A stretch of DNA of 64,000 nt, from positions 24,002 through 88,001 of the forward strand of contig CAWFGZ010000042.1 of assembly GCA_963815435.1 (NCBI GenBank). The letters run 5' to 3'. This document shows positions 29,756 to 43,001 of the stretch, one piece after another. The position numbers and the translations under genes are program-made. Source of the DNA: an uncultured Alphaproteobacteria bacterium. Lineage in GTDB: Bacteria > Pseudomonadota > Alphaproteobacteria > Geminicoccales > Geminicoccaceae. The notes beneath the pieces are model-generated. The model had not been told where the DNA came from and ran no database searches. It saw nothing but the letters and a program-made list of their open reading frames with translations. Positions within the stretch are counted from its first letter, which is position 1, and each line of letters starts with the position of its first letter.

Positions 29756-29776
29756 CGCGCGCCGCGCGAGCCCGCC

Positions 29777-30824
29777 TCAGGGGAACAGCGGCGCCTGGCC
29801 GAGCCCCGCGGTCTCGGGCAGGCCGAGCATCAGGTTCATGTTCTGCAACGCCTGGCCGGAGGCGCCCTTGACCAGATTGTCGATGACGCTGAGATAGGAT
29901 CGCCCGGCCCGGGCACCCGATCCGGATGGACCGCGATCAGGCAGAGATTGGTGCCGCGCACGTGGCGGGTCGCGGGCAGGCTCTTGAACGGCAGCACGCG
30001 CACGAACGGCTCCTCGGCGTAGCGCCGCTCGAGCGCGGCCTGCAGATCGGCGGCCTCGGCGCCCGGCGCCAGGCGGACGTAGATCGTCGCCAGGATGCCG
30101 CGGTTCATCGGCACGAGATGCGGCGTGAAGGTCACGCTGATCGGCCGGCCGGCGGCGTCGGCCAGGCCCTGCTCGATCTCCGGCGCATGGCGATGGTTGG
30201 TGACGCCGTAGGCGTGCAGGCCTTCGCTCACCTCGCTGTGCAGCGAGGTCTCCTTGGCGGCGCGGCCGGCGCCGGTGACCCCCGACTTGGCATCGATGAT
30301 GATCGGATCGAGCTCGATCAGCCCGGCCTCGAGCAGCGGGCGAAGCGGCAGCTGCGCCGTGGTCGGATAGCAGCCGGGATTGGCGACGAGGTCGGTCGCC
30401 CGATCGCGCTCGCGCGCGAGCTCGGTCAGGCCGTAGACCGCATCCTTCTGGCGCTCGAGCGCGCGGTGCGGCTGGCCGTAGGTCCGCTCGTAGAGCGCCG
30501 GATCGCGCAGCCGGAAGTCGGCCGAGAGGTCGATCACCTTGGGCCCGCGCGGCAGCTCGCGGATCACGTCCTGCGTGGTGCCGTGCGGCAGGCAGCCGAA
30601 CACCACGTCGAGCGATCCGAGATCGTAGTCGCCGACCTTGGTCAGACGCGGCAGCTCGCGACCGTCAGATGCGGGAAGACCGCCTCGATCGGCTGGCCGG
30701 CGTAGCGCTCGGCGGTCATGCAGTCGACCCGGGCCGAGGGGTGATCGTGCAGCAGGCGCAGCAGCTCGGCACCCGTGTACCCGGTCGCGCCCAAGATCCC
30801 GATGCTCACGCTGTTCGCGGTCAT
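29777..30824 (-). pseudogene. argC: N-acetyl-gamma-glutamyl-phosphate reductase, 2 frameshifts
   Basis: [35 protein letters not shown] (active-site Cys), [20 protein letters not shown], ...[22 protein letters not shown]. The frame changes near 30650 and 29905. Confidence 0.85.
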
Positions 30825-31129
30825 CGCCTGGTCCCCATGATTCCGCCCGCCGCTTATGTCACGATTCGCGTCGCGATTGGACCACAAAGTTGATGCACGG
30901 GTGACGCTGGGGGTGTAGACGCAGAAGTGCGTGCGTTGGTGGAGCGGCCGCATGAGGCCGACTGCGTCGGCCAAAGCCCTCAATGAGCGTGGGCCACCGC
31001 GACCCATCCGCCAGCGCTCCGCGTTCGCTATATGGGAGTTGATGCCAGGGCCGATCGATCCATCATTTCAGGCTTGCCGGATCCCTTCGCCCGGCTCTCT
31101 CCCAAGATTTTTTTCAAGGGAGACGCGCA

Positions 31130-32288
31130 ATGGAAACTTCACGCAGGGAATTTGTCGTCCAAGGTGGCGCAGCCTTCACGGGTTGGCCTTGATCAACGCC
31201 CCCTTCCTCGCCCAGGCCTTCCCGAGCCGAAAGGGCGAGGAGGTCGTTCCGTGGCTCGATCAGCCGCCCGCCGAACCCCGTTCCTGAAGCGGTGCGCAGT
31301 CAGCTTCGGTGGGAGGAGCTGGATTCCTGGGTGACGCCGAACGACAGGTTCTTCGGGGTCGGCCACTACAACTGGCCGGTCATCGACGAGAAGGCGTGGA
31401 CGCTGGAGGTAACCGGCCTGGTCAAGCGGCCGCTCGACCTTCACGTTGAGCGACCTTGTCGCAAGGCCGCGGCAGCGAGGTCACCTTCACGCTGGAATGC
31501 TCCGGCAACCACGGCTTTCCCTGGTTCATCGGCGGCATCGGTACCGCCAAATGGGCGGGCACGCCGCTGGCTCCGATCCTCGAGGAGGCGCAGGTGCTCG
31601 ACGATGGCATCGAAGTGGTCTTCTTCGGCACCGATGCGGGCGAGGAAGATCGTGCGTGAGATCAAGATGACGCAGAACTTCGCCCGCAGCATGTCCCTCG
31701 CCGACGCCATGAGCCCCAACAACCTGCTCTGCTACGAGATGAACGGCGGCACCGTTGCCTCAGGCCCACGGGTTTCCGCTGCGCCTGATCGCCCCGGGCT
31801 GGTATGGCATCGCCAACGTCAAGTGGCTGAAGCGCATCGAGGTGCGGTCGAGCCGCTTCATGAACCGCTTCATGGCGCGCGACTACGTGACGATCCGCGA
31901 AGAGCGGCACGATGGGGAGACGGCGTGGATCGAATCCTCTGTCGGCCGGGCTTTGCTCAAGTCGGTACCCGCCAAGGTGACGCGGAGCGATGGCCAGTAC
32001 CAGATCGTTGGTGCGGCCTGGGGCGCCCCGATCGCGAGCGTCGAGGTGCAGATCGACGGCGGGCCATGGCTGCCCGCGACCATCGACCGCAGCGAGGAAG
32101 CCGAATTCGCGTGGAAGGTTTGGTCTCTCGACTGGGCGGACGCGTCGCCGGGAGAGCATGCGATCACCTCGAGGGCCATCGATACCGCGGGGAACGTCCA
32201 GCCAGCGATGGACGACCCCCTGATTGCCGGCAAGCACACCTACTGGGAGAGCAACGGACAGGTCACGAGGCGGGTTGGTATCGCCTGA
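31130..32288 (+). pseudogene. sulfite-oxidase-family molybdopterin oxidoreductase with Tat signal, at least 5 frameshifts
   Basis: METSRREFVVQGGAAF (twin-Arg), TPNDRFFGVGHYNWPVID, FTLECSGNHG (Moco Cys), HGFPLRLIAPGWYGIANVKWLKRIEV and a dimerisation-domain C-terminus (VEVQIDGGPWLPA). The pieces are in several track ORFs (31292.., 31456.., 31755..). Confidence 0.75.
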
Positions 32289-32415
32289 CGAGCTTCGTCA
32301 TGGGGGCCGGCGGTTCGCGACCGGCAGCCTCCGGCGACTGGCCGCAGCAGGCTGACCGACGATGAAGCTGTCGCTCCATGCCAGGATGTTGCGCTCATGA
32401 TGGACATCGAGGTAG

Positions 32416-35148
<2,733 letters not shown>

Positions 35149-35235
35149 GGTCTCGGGCGGGGAACCGGGCCGTGACGCGCGGCTGCCGCGTTCCCGCGCC
35201 CACTCCGTTGCGGACCCGCCGCGCTGCGCCGATCG

Positions 35236-36187
35236 ATGACCGCATCGGGGGTGATCGGGCGCGCCGCCGCTCGGCCGGCGGGCGGCACGGTCGCCGACGC
35301 GCGCCAGACCTCGTGGAGGGTGCTGGTCGTCTTCCTGGCGCCGGCGCTGCTCACCTATGCCGTCTTCACGATCTATCCGGTGCTGCGCACGTTCTACAAC
35401 AGCGTGCATACGATCGGACCGCGCAACGTCGCGACCTTCGTCGGGCTGCAGAACTTCGCCGATCTGTTGACGCACGACCACGTCTTCTGGAAGGCGGTAT
35501 CGAACACGGCGCTGTTCTCGATCGTCGGCACGGTCGCCGACGTGGCGGGCGGCCTGCTGCTGGCGCTCTGTCTGTTCTCGAAGGTGCCGCTCGCGCGCCT
35601 CTGGCGCATCGTCTGGTTCACGCCGGTGCTGATGTCCTACGTCGTGGTCGGCATCATCTGGGTCTGGATCTACGACTACGACTGGGGCGCGCTGAACATC
35701 GTCCTGCGCTGGCTGGGCCTCGGCCAGCTCGAGCATTCCTGGCTGGGCGACCCGCAGACGGCGCTCTGGGCCGTGCTGGTCACGCATCTCTGGAAATGGC
35801 TCGGCTTCAACATGATCATCTGCCTGGCGGCGCTCTACGCGCTGCCGGAGCGAGGTGCTCGGCGCCGCCGAGCTCGACTACTGCGGCTGGTGGGCCAAGC
35901 TCGTCTACATCGTCATGCCGATGCTGCGGCCGACGCTGGTCAACCTGCTCGTGCTGTCCTTCATCGGCAAGATGATGGTCTTCGACCTGGTCTGGATCAT
36001 GACCGGCGGCGGGCCGCTCTGGTCGACCGAGACGGTCTCGACCTACGTCTACAAGCGGGCCTTCGACTGGAACACGTTCGATCTCGGCTATCCGTCGGCG
36101 ATTGCCGTCCTGTGGTTCTTCATGATCCTGATCTTCGTCGTCCTGATGACGCGCCTCCTGCGCCAGCGCGAGCGGCTGGAGTTCTAG
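35236..36187 (+). pseudogene. carbohydrate ABC transporter permease (MalF/UgpA-like), one frameshift
   Basis: Six-TM permease pattern. The EAA-loop region is split near 35850 (..LAALYALPE / VLGAAELDYCGWWAKLVYIVMPMLRP..). Confidence 0.8.
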
Positions 36188-36280
36188 TGGATGAAATATA
36201 GCGGAAGCTTCCCGTTGTGCAGCCTGGACGAGGAGAGCGGGTGGTGCTCGGAGGGAAATGTCACTCAGGGAGGCACAGGC

Positions 36281-37318
36281 ATGAGGCGTCTCTGGTTGGT
36301 GAGGCTCGGGAGGCATGGGAGAGCAAGAAGCGCACGCCCTTGACACCGGGGAGCTTGTCTAGGGTTTCGAGTTGGTGACCTCAGAGCCGCAAAGGACCGC
36401 GATGCCGTGCTGAAGCTCGTAGAGCAGGTCTGGCCGAGACGCGAAGCACGAGGACACAGCTGAACTTCGCGCGCAGCCAATCAGTTCAGCAACACGATTC
36501 AGAATGGCGATCTGGTCGTGGTCCCGTTGAAAACGGCGAGGAAAATCGCATCGGTGAGATGTCGGGGCCTGCGCGACGACAGCAGAAGGTCATCCGATGC
36601 GCCGGTTCGCTGGCTGAAGCCGGACGTGCCGCGCGATGTGTTTCGGCAGGACTTCTCTCAGCTTCGGCGCTCTCATGACTGTTTGCGAGATCAGGCGCAA
36701 CGACGCCCTCAGGCGTGTCGAAGCGATGATCGAGAACAGACGAGGACCCTGGCTACGAGAGCGGGCCTGTCGCGCCGGCGCGGCCGCTTGCATCACCTGA
36801 AGCGCGGACCGATGAAGAGGCGGAGATCGATCTTGACGAGAGAGCGCGTGATCAGATCGAGCGGCGAGTCGCGAGCGCGTTCACGGGGTATGATTTCACG
36901 CGCCTTGTAGCGGAGATACTCAAGGCGCAAGGTTATGTAATTAATGTCTCGCTGCGAGGTCCTGACCAGAGCATTGATATCGTTGCCGGGCGCGGCGGTC
37001 TGGCTTCGAAGCCCCCCGCTTGGTCGTACAGGTAAAGTCTGGCAATGTCGCCGCTGATCAGCGAACCCTTCAGGCGCTGATCGGTGCTGTTCAGAACACG
37101 CACGCCGATCAGGGTCTGCTGGTGAGCTGGGGCGGGTTCAAGAGGTCTGTCGAGCAGCGGCGCAACGAGCTGTTCTTCCGCATCCGCCTGTGGGGAAGAA
37201 CGGAGGTGCTGAATGCTCTCTTCGAGGTTTATGACCGTTGCCGGAAGAGCTTCGTTCTGAGCTGCCACTGAAGCGCACGTGGATGCTCGTTCTTGAAAAT
37301 GAGGAGGGCAGCGTATGA
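36281..37318 (+). pseudogene. Mrr-like (PD-(D/E)xK) restriction endonuclease, several frameshifts plus an in-frame TAG
   Basis: GGGAGG SD + ATG. The pieces read MRRLWLVRLGRHGEQEAHALDTGELV*GFE..., ..NGDLVVVPLKT..., WLKPDVPRDVFRQD..., FTGYDFTRLVAEILKAQGYV.NVS..GPDQSIDIVAG...LVVQVKSGNVAADQRTLQALIGAVQNTHADQGLLVSWGGF (Mrr catalytic core D...QxK). It sits between the two permease genes. Confidence 0.7.
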
Positions 37319-37357
37319 GATATGGATGGACATCATCTGTCTGATTTGCACCGCTAG

Positions 37358-38200
37358 ATGGAGCGGCGCTCGGCGTTCTGGCTCGCCCATCTCAGGCGAA
37401 CGCCGTTGCTGCTCTTTCTCCTGCTCTACACGCTCGCGACCGGCGGGCCGTTCCTCTGGGTGGCGGCGATGTCGCTGCGCACCACGCCCGAGATCTTCGC
37501 CAACCCGTACGCCTGGCCGGCGACCTTTCACTGGGAGAAATTCGCCGAGGCCTGGGTCAGCTCGAACTACGGCACCTATTTCTGGAACAGCCTGATCGTC
37601 GTCGTCAGCGCCGTGGCGCTGCTCACCGTGATCGGCGCGATGGCGGCGCACTGCCTGGCGCGCTACCGCTTCCGCGGCAGCCGCGCCGTGCGCTTCATCA
37701 TCCTCTCGGGCATGATCCTGCCGCCGCAGCTGCTGATCCTTTCGCTGTTCCAGATCATGGTCGATTTCGGGCTCTACAACACGCTGCCCGGCCTCATCGT
37801 CGTCTACGTCGCCACCCAGCTCGCGATGACGGTCTATATCCTCGAGGGCTTCTTCGTGCAGATTCCGCAGGATCTGTTCGACGCCGCGCGCATGGACGGC
37901 TACTCCGACTTCGAGATCTTCTGGCGGATCACGCTGCCGGTCGGGCTGCCGGCGGTGTTCGCGACCGTGATCCTCAACGGCATCATCCTCTGGAACGAGT
38001 TCCTCTACGCCGTCGTGCTGCTGACCGAGGACAGCCGGCGCACGCTGCCGCTCGGCATCATGCACTTCATGGGCGGGCACCAGCTCGACGTCGGCATGAT
38101 CGCGACCGGCCTCATGATCGCGATCGCGCCGATCATTCTCATCTATGCCCTGTTCTCCGAGGCGCTGGTCAAGGGCATGACGGCGGGCGCCGTTCGCTAG
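37358..38200 (+). CDS. carbohydrate ABC transporter permease (MalG/UgpE-like)
   Basis: Intact 280-aa ORF with 6 TM and the EAA motif region DLFDAARMDGYSDFEIFWRITLPVGLP. Confidence 0.85.
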   Translation: MERRSAFWLAHLRRTPLLLFLLLYTLATGGPFLWVAAMSLRTTPEIFANPYAWPATFHWEKFAEAWVSSNYGTYFWNSLIVVVSAVALLTVIGAMAAHCLARYRFRGSRAVRFIILSGMILPPQLLILSLFQIMVDFGLYNTLPGLIVVYVATQLAMTVYILEGFFVQIPQDLFDAARMDGYSDFEIFWRITLPVGLPAVFATVILNGIILWNEFLYAVVLLTEDSRRTLPLGIMHFMGGHQLDVGMIATGLMIAIAPIILIYALFSEALVKGMTAGAVR

Positions 38201-38232
38201 CGCCTCGGCAGGCTCGAGCGGCAGGAACAGAC

Positions 38233-39350
38233 GTGGCCGTCGTCGCGATCGACCGATTGACCAAGCGCTACACCGCAGGCGGGGAGCTCGCGGTCAAGGA
38301 GGTGAGCCTTACGGTCGCGGACGGCGAATTCATGGTCCTGCTCGGGCCGTCCGGCTGCGGCAAGTCCTCGATTCTGCAGGATGATCGCCGGCCTCGAGGC
38401 GATCAGCTCCGGCACCGTCTCGGTCGACGGCAAGATCATCAATCACGTGCCGGCCAAGGATCGTGACATCGCCATGGTCTTCCAGTCCTATGCGCTCTAC
38501 CCGCACATGGACGTGGAGGCGAACCTGGCGTTCGGCCTGAGGCGGCGCGGCGTGGCGCGGGACGAGATCGATCGCCGGGTCCGCGAGGCCGCGGGCAAGC
38601 TCGGCCTCACGCCCTTCCTTCGCCGCAAGCCGCACGCGCTCTCGGGCGGCCAGCGGCAGCGCGTCGCCCTCGGGCGCGCGATCGTCCGCGACCCCAAGGT
38701 CTTCCTCTTCGACGAGCCGCTCTCGAACCTCGACGCCGCGCTCCGCGTCAGCACCCGCAACGAGCTGATCCGGCAGCAGAAGGAGCTCGGCACGACCTCC
38801 ATCTACGTCACCCATGACCAGATCGAGGCGATGACCATGGGCGACCGGATCTGCATCATGAACCAGGGCGAGGTCGTGCAGATCGGCAGCCCGCTCGAGG
38901 TCTATCGCCGTCCGGCCGACACCTTCGTCGCCCGCTTCCTCGGCAATCCGCCGATGAACCTGCTCGCGGCCCGGCTGGAGAGCGCCGACGGGCAGTTGCG
39001 GGCTGCGCCTCGGCGAGGTCACCTTCGCGCTGCCGGCCGCGCTGTCGGCGTCGCTCGCGCGCCACGCCGGCGGAGCGGTCACGCTGGGCATGCGCCCCGA
39101 GGATCTCTACGAAGTGCCGCCGCCCGGCCTGGCGGGCCAGACCGTTGCCCTGCCGATGCGCGTCAATGCGGTCGAGCCGCTCGGCGCGGAAACGCTCCTG
39201 GTTCTCAGCCTCGACGGCGAGGAGCTGATCGCGCGGATCGGCCGCGACACGGCGCTGCGCAGCGGCGATTTCGTAACCATCGCCCTCGATGCCGGCGCGA
39301 TCCATCTGTTCGATCCCGCGACCGGCGGGGCACTCACCGGCGCGCGCTGA
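38233..39350 (+). pseudogene. sugar ABC transporter ATP-binding protein (UgpC/MalK-like), 2 frameshifts
   Basis: GPSGCGKSS (Walker A), [14 protein letters not shown] (signature), [12 protein letters not shown] (Walker B) and a TOBE-like C-terminus. The frame changes near 38375 and 38995. Confidence 0.85.
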
Positions 39351-39381
39351 GCCCGCCGCTGCGACTTCGGAGGAAAGTGTC

Positions 39382-40417
39382 ATGGCCGAACCGCAACCAA
39401 GCCCAAAGGTCCTCAATGTGGCTCTCGCCGGGGCCGGCATGATCAGCTGGTATCACCTGGTCGCGTGGCGGAACGTCGCGCCGGCCGCGCGGGTCGTCGC
39501 CGTCTACGATCCGAACGCCGAGCGCGCCCGAAGCCGCGCCGCCGAGTTCGGGATCGATGCGGTCTTCACGGACGGCACGGCGATGCTCGAGGAGGCCGGG
39601 GTTGCCGCCCTCGACATCGCAGCACCCCGGCAGGACCACGCCGCCTGGGTCGAGGCCGCCGCGGCGCGCGGGATCGACGTGCTCTGCCAGAAACCGCTCA
39701 CGCCGACGCTTGCCGACGCCGAGGCGCTGCTCGGCCGGCTGCATGGCCGCGTCCGCCTGATGGTGCACGAGAACTGGCGCTTTCGACCATGGTACCGCAC
39801 GCTCGGGCGCTGGATCGCCGAAGGCGAGCTCGGCGAGATCCTGCACGCCCAGATGACCATGATGTCGTCGGGCCTGCTCCCGGACGAGAGCGGTCGGCGG
39901 CCGGCGCTGGAGCGCCAGCCCTTCATGGCCGGAGGAGCAGCGGCTGATGATCGCCGAGGTGCTGATCCACCACCTCGACGTCATGCGCTTCCTCTGCGGA
40001 CCGTTGCGCGTGGTGAGCGCCCGCGCGGCGCGCACGTTAGCAGAGGTCCGGGGCGAATCGCTCGCCGCGATGTTTCTCGAGACCGCCGCGGGCGCGCCCG
40101 TGATCGTGAGCGGGACGATGGCGGCGCCGGGCCTCGGCTCGCGCACGGGCGATCGCCTTGAGCTCGTCGGGAGCAAGGCGAGCGCCGTCTTCGCCGACGG
40201 CACCCTGCAGCTCAAGGGGCCGCACCCGAGGAGCGAAGCCTTCGATCTGGACAAGGGCTATCAGGCGAGCTTCGACAACACGATCCGCCATTTCGTCGAA
40301 TGCCTCGCCTCCGGGGCGCCGTTCGAATCCGATGCGGTCGACAATCTCGAGACGCTCCGGCTGGTCGAGCACGCTTACTGGGCCGCGGGCCTTCATCAGG
40401 CCGCGCGGGTCGACTGA
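39382..40417 (+). pseudogene. Gfo/Idh/MocA family oxidoreductase, one frameshift
   Basis: [16 protein letters not shown] (Rossmann N-terminus), VLCQKPLT, ...MIAEVLIHHLDVMRFL... The frame changes near 39935. Confidence 0.8.
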
Positions 40418-40427
40418 GGGGCCGCCC

Positions 40428-41532
40428 ATGGCACCGTCCTCGAGCCTCGTCGGTCTGCCGAAGTCTGCCCTGGAGACGCCCGCCCTGCTCGTCGATCTCG
40501 ACGTGATGGACGCCAACATCGCCCGCATCGCCGAGACCTGTCGCCGACACGGCGTGGGCTGGCGGCCGCACATCAAGGCCCACAAGACGCCCGAGATCGC
40601 GCGCCGGCAGCTCGCGGCTGGTGCTTTCGGCATCACCTGCGCCAAGCTCGGCGAAGCCGAGGTCATGGCCGAGGCGGGCATCACCGAGATCCTGATCGCC
40701 AACCAGATCGTCGGCGCGGGCAAAGCGCGCCGCCTCATCCAGCTGCTCGAGCGTGCTCCGGCCATCGTTGCGGTCGACAGCCTTGCCAACATCGCCGAGC
40801 TGGCGGAGGCGACCCGAGGCGGCAGCCGCGAGCTGCGCCTCATCGTCGAGGTCAACATCGGCATGAACCGGGCGGGCGTGGCGCCCGGAGCGCCGGTCGT
40901 CGCGTTAGCGGACGCGATCGCCCAGCATCCGGGCCTTCGCTTCGTAGGCGTGATGGGCTGGGAGAGCCACGCGGTCGCCATCGCCGATCCGGGCGAGAAG
41001 GAGCGGGTCGTGGCCGAGGCGATCGCGAAGCTGGTAGCCAGCGCCGAAGACTGCCGGCGCGCTGGTCACGACTCCGCGATCGTCAGCTGCGGCGGGACCG
41101 GCACCTTCCCCTACTGCGTCCGCCAGCCGGGCGTCACGGAAGTCCAGGTGGGCGGCGCCATCTTCAGCGACATGCACTACCGCACCCACTACCACCTCGA
41201 CCATCCGTGCGCGCTGACGCTGCTCGCCACGGTGACCAGCCGGCCGACCCCGACGCGGATAGTGCTCGATGCCGGCAAGAAGGCGATGAGCGGCGATGCC
41301 GCGCTGCCCGAGCCGCAGGGGCTCCCCGCTGTCCGCTCGCTCCGGCTGTCCGCCGAGCACACGACCATCGAGCTCGAAGCGCCGAGCGAAACACCGAAGA
41401 TCGGCGACAAGCTGGAGCTGATCGTCGGGCTATTCCGACACGACCGTGCATCTGCACGAGGAGATCGTCGGCCTGCGTGCCGGACGGGTCGAGGCGGTCT
41501 GGCGCGTGGCCGCGCGCGGCCGGATCAGGTAG
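40428..41532 (+). pseudogene. D-threonine aldolase / DSD1-like PLP enzyme (alanine racemase N-terminal fold), one frameshift
   Basis: TPALLVDLDVMDANI, RPHIKAHKTPEIA (PLP Lys), ITCAKLGEAEVMA, SCGGTGT. The frame changes near 41430. The stop is TAG at 41530-41532. Confidence 0.75.
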
Positions 41533-41581
41533 TCCGAGCCCAGCCGCTTCCGCGCGCTGTCGGACCGCCTCGACGGACCCG

Positions 41582-42874
41582 TCAGTATCCGAGGCTGTCC
41601 TGCTTCAAGGTCGTATAGGGTCCGGAAACGACATCGCGGCAGATCAGCTGGATGCCGGTGAATGCCCTGCCATCGTGGTGCATGAGCAGTCCAATGGCGA
41701 TCATCCCACGCCTGTTGTCGGACACCGACCATTCCGGACACTCCTTGAGGCCGTAGGTGTTACCGCAATTGGGCTGAAAATCGGCAACGGTGGTCTCCAG
41801 CGTTCTGATGCCGTCGTCCCGAAGATGCGCCGGCCGAAGCTTCAGGCCCTTGATCCGGTCGTTGCCGCCCGAGCGGGAATTGCAGACGTCGACCGCGGCG
41901 AGAAAATGATTCGACTGTTCGCTGAGCTTGACGAGCAGGATGTCTATCGGCGGCATTGGATTGCAGGGGGTGAGGCTAGCTTCGGCGAGCTTGCGGTTGT
42001 CGGGCCCCTTGTCGCTGTCGAGGGCGCCGCCGAACAGGACCACCCGGCAGGGCCGGTCGCCCGCCTCCTCGATCATCACCGAGGTGATTCCGTAGTAGCG
42101 CAGAGGATCATTCGGCAGGTCGACGTTGGTGCCGATCATCACCCGAAGCTTGGTCCCTGCCTCTCCGGCGAGGGGCGAGAGGAGCGCTGGCCCCTCCGGT
42201 TTCGGGACCGTCGACAGGCTCGCAAGCGGCGACTGTAGCCGTGGGACGGCACAGATCAGCTCCAGGCCGGTGGCGCCCTCCTCGTCATGGTAGATGTTGA
42301 CCCCGACCGCGACGTTGTTGGCGGGGCAGGTCGAGGCTTCGTCCCAATCGGCGCAGTTCAGACGCTCGAACTTGCCTTCGACGTCGGGCGCGCCGGCGAG
42401 GTGGGGAGCGCCGAAGAACGCGATTTCGCCGGCTTTGGTGATCCTCACGCCCTTGAGGCGCCGGTTGTCCTGATTGTTGTTGCAAACCTCGAGCGCGGCG
42501 ATGCCCTCCGCTGGTGAGGGGTTCGAGAGCCGGACCTCCTCGTCGGTTCGATCATCCGCGCTGCAGGGCTCGCGGTGCCACTCGGTCACGAAGAGCTCGT
42601 GTGCGGTGTCGTTCTGGCGCGACCACAGCAGCTCCAGATGACAGGGATGGTCCCTGGTCTCGCCGCCGCGGATGCCGTAGAGGAGCGCGCCGTTGCCGGG
42701 CTGTCGGGTCGTGAAGTTCTGGTGGCTCGGAAAGCCGCTCACCGATCCGTTGGCCGCGATCGAAGCCGCGTCGACGTCGACCTGAGCCCCGTCGGCGAGG
42801 GCCGGCGGCGGCGGCGCCAACAGAAAGAAAACCGGCGCAAGGTAACCGAATCGGATGAATGCAGGTGTGATCAT
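41582..42874 (-). CDS. secreted Cys-rich protein built from two homologous modules, unknown family
   Basis: Signal peptide MITPAFIRFGYLAPVFFLLAPPPPALA (GAGG SD before the ATG at 42874). The two halves share D.PC, .PC, AA.(E/D)VCN, R.KG.(R/K)., NC, CP, .G...H.. and TG.(E/Q)LIC, with six Cys conserved per module. Confidence 0.65.
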   Translation of the reverse strand: MITPAFIRFGYLAPVFFLLAPPPPALADGAQVDVDAASIAANGSVSGFPSHQNFTTRQPGNGALLYGIRGGETRDHPCHLELLWSRQNDTAHELFVTEWHREPCSADDRTDEEVRLSNPSPAEGIAALEVCNNNQDNRRLKGVRITKAGEIAFFGAPHLAGAPDVEGKFERLNCADWDEASTCPANNVAVGVNIYHDEEGATGLELICAVPRLQSPLASLSTVPKPEGPALLSPLAGEAGTKLRVMIGTNVDLPNDPLRYYGITSVMIEEAGDRPCRVVLFGGALDSDKGPDNRKLAEASLTPCNPMPPIDILLVKLSEQSNHFLAAVDVCNSRSGGNDRIKGLKLRPAHLRDDGIRTLETTVADFQPNCGNTYGLKECPEWSVSDNRRGMIAIGLLMHHDGRAFTGIQLICRDVVSGPYTTLKQDSLGY

Positions 42875-42984
42875 GATCGCCTCACAACGTTGGAGTTGGT
42901 CCAAGGCGCTCAGGTCCACTTGGTGAGCCCGTAATTTTCGGTTGCCCAGGATTGAAGCTTGGCGCGATCAGTCGGCGAACGCAA

Positions 42985-43001
42985 CCCCCGGCATGGCGGC
43001 A
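42985..43001. repeat. 17-bp direct repeat flanking the IS (left copy)
   Basis: CCCCCGGCATGGCGGCA, identical to 44386-44402 and immediately outside the terminal inverted repeat. Confidence 0.85.

Noticed and set aside
36188-37330. Short similar strings at both ends of the Mrr-like insert (TGGATGAAATAT at 36188-36199 vs ATATGGATGGA at 37320-37330) as a target-site duplication
   Set aside because: Only TGGATG and ATAT are shared, and in a different order. This is not a convincing direct repeat, and no inverted repeats were found.
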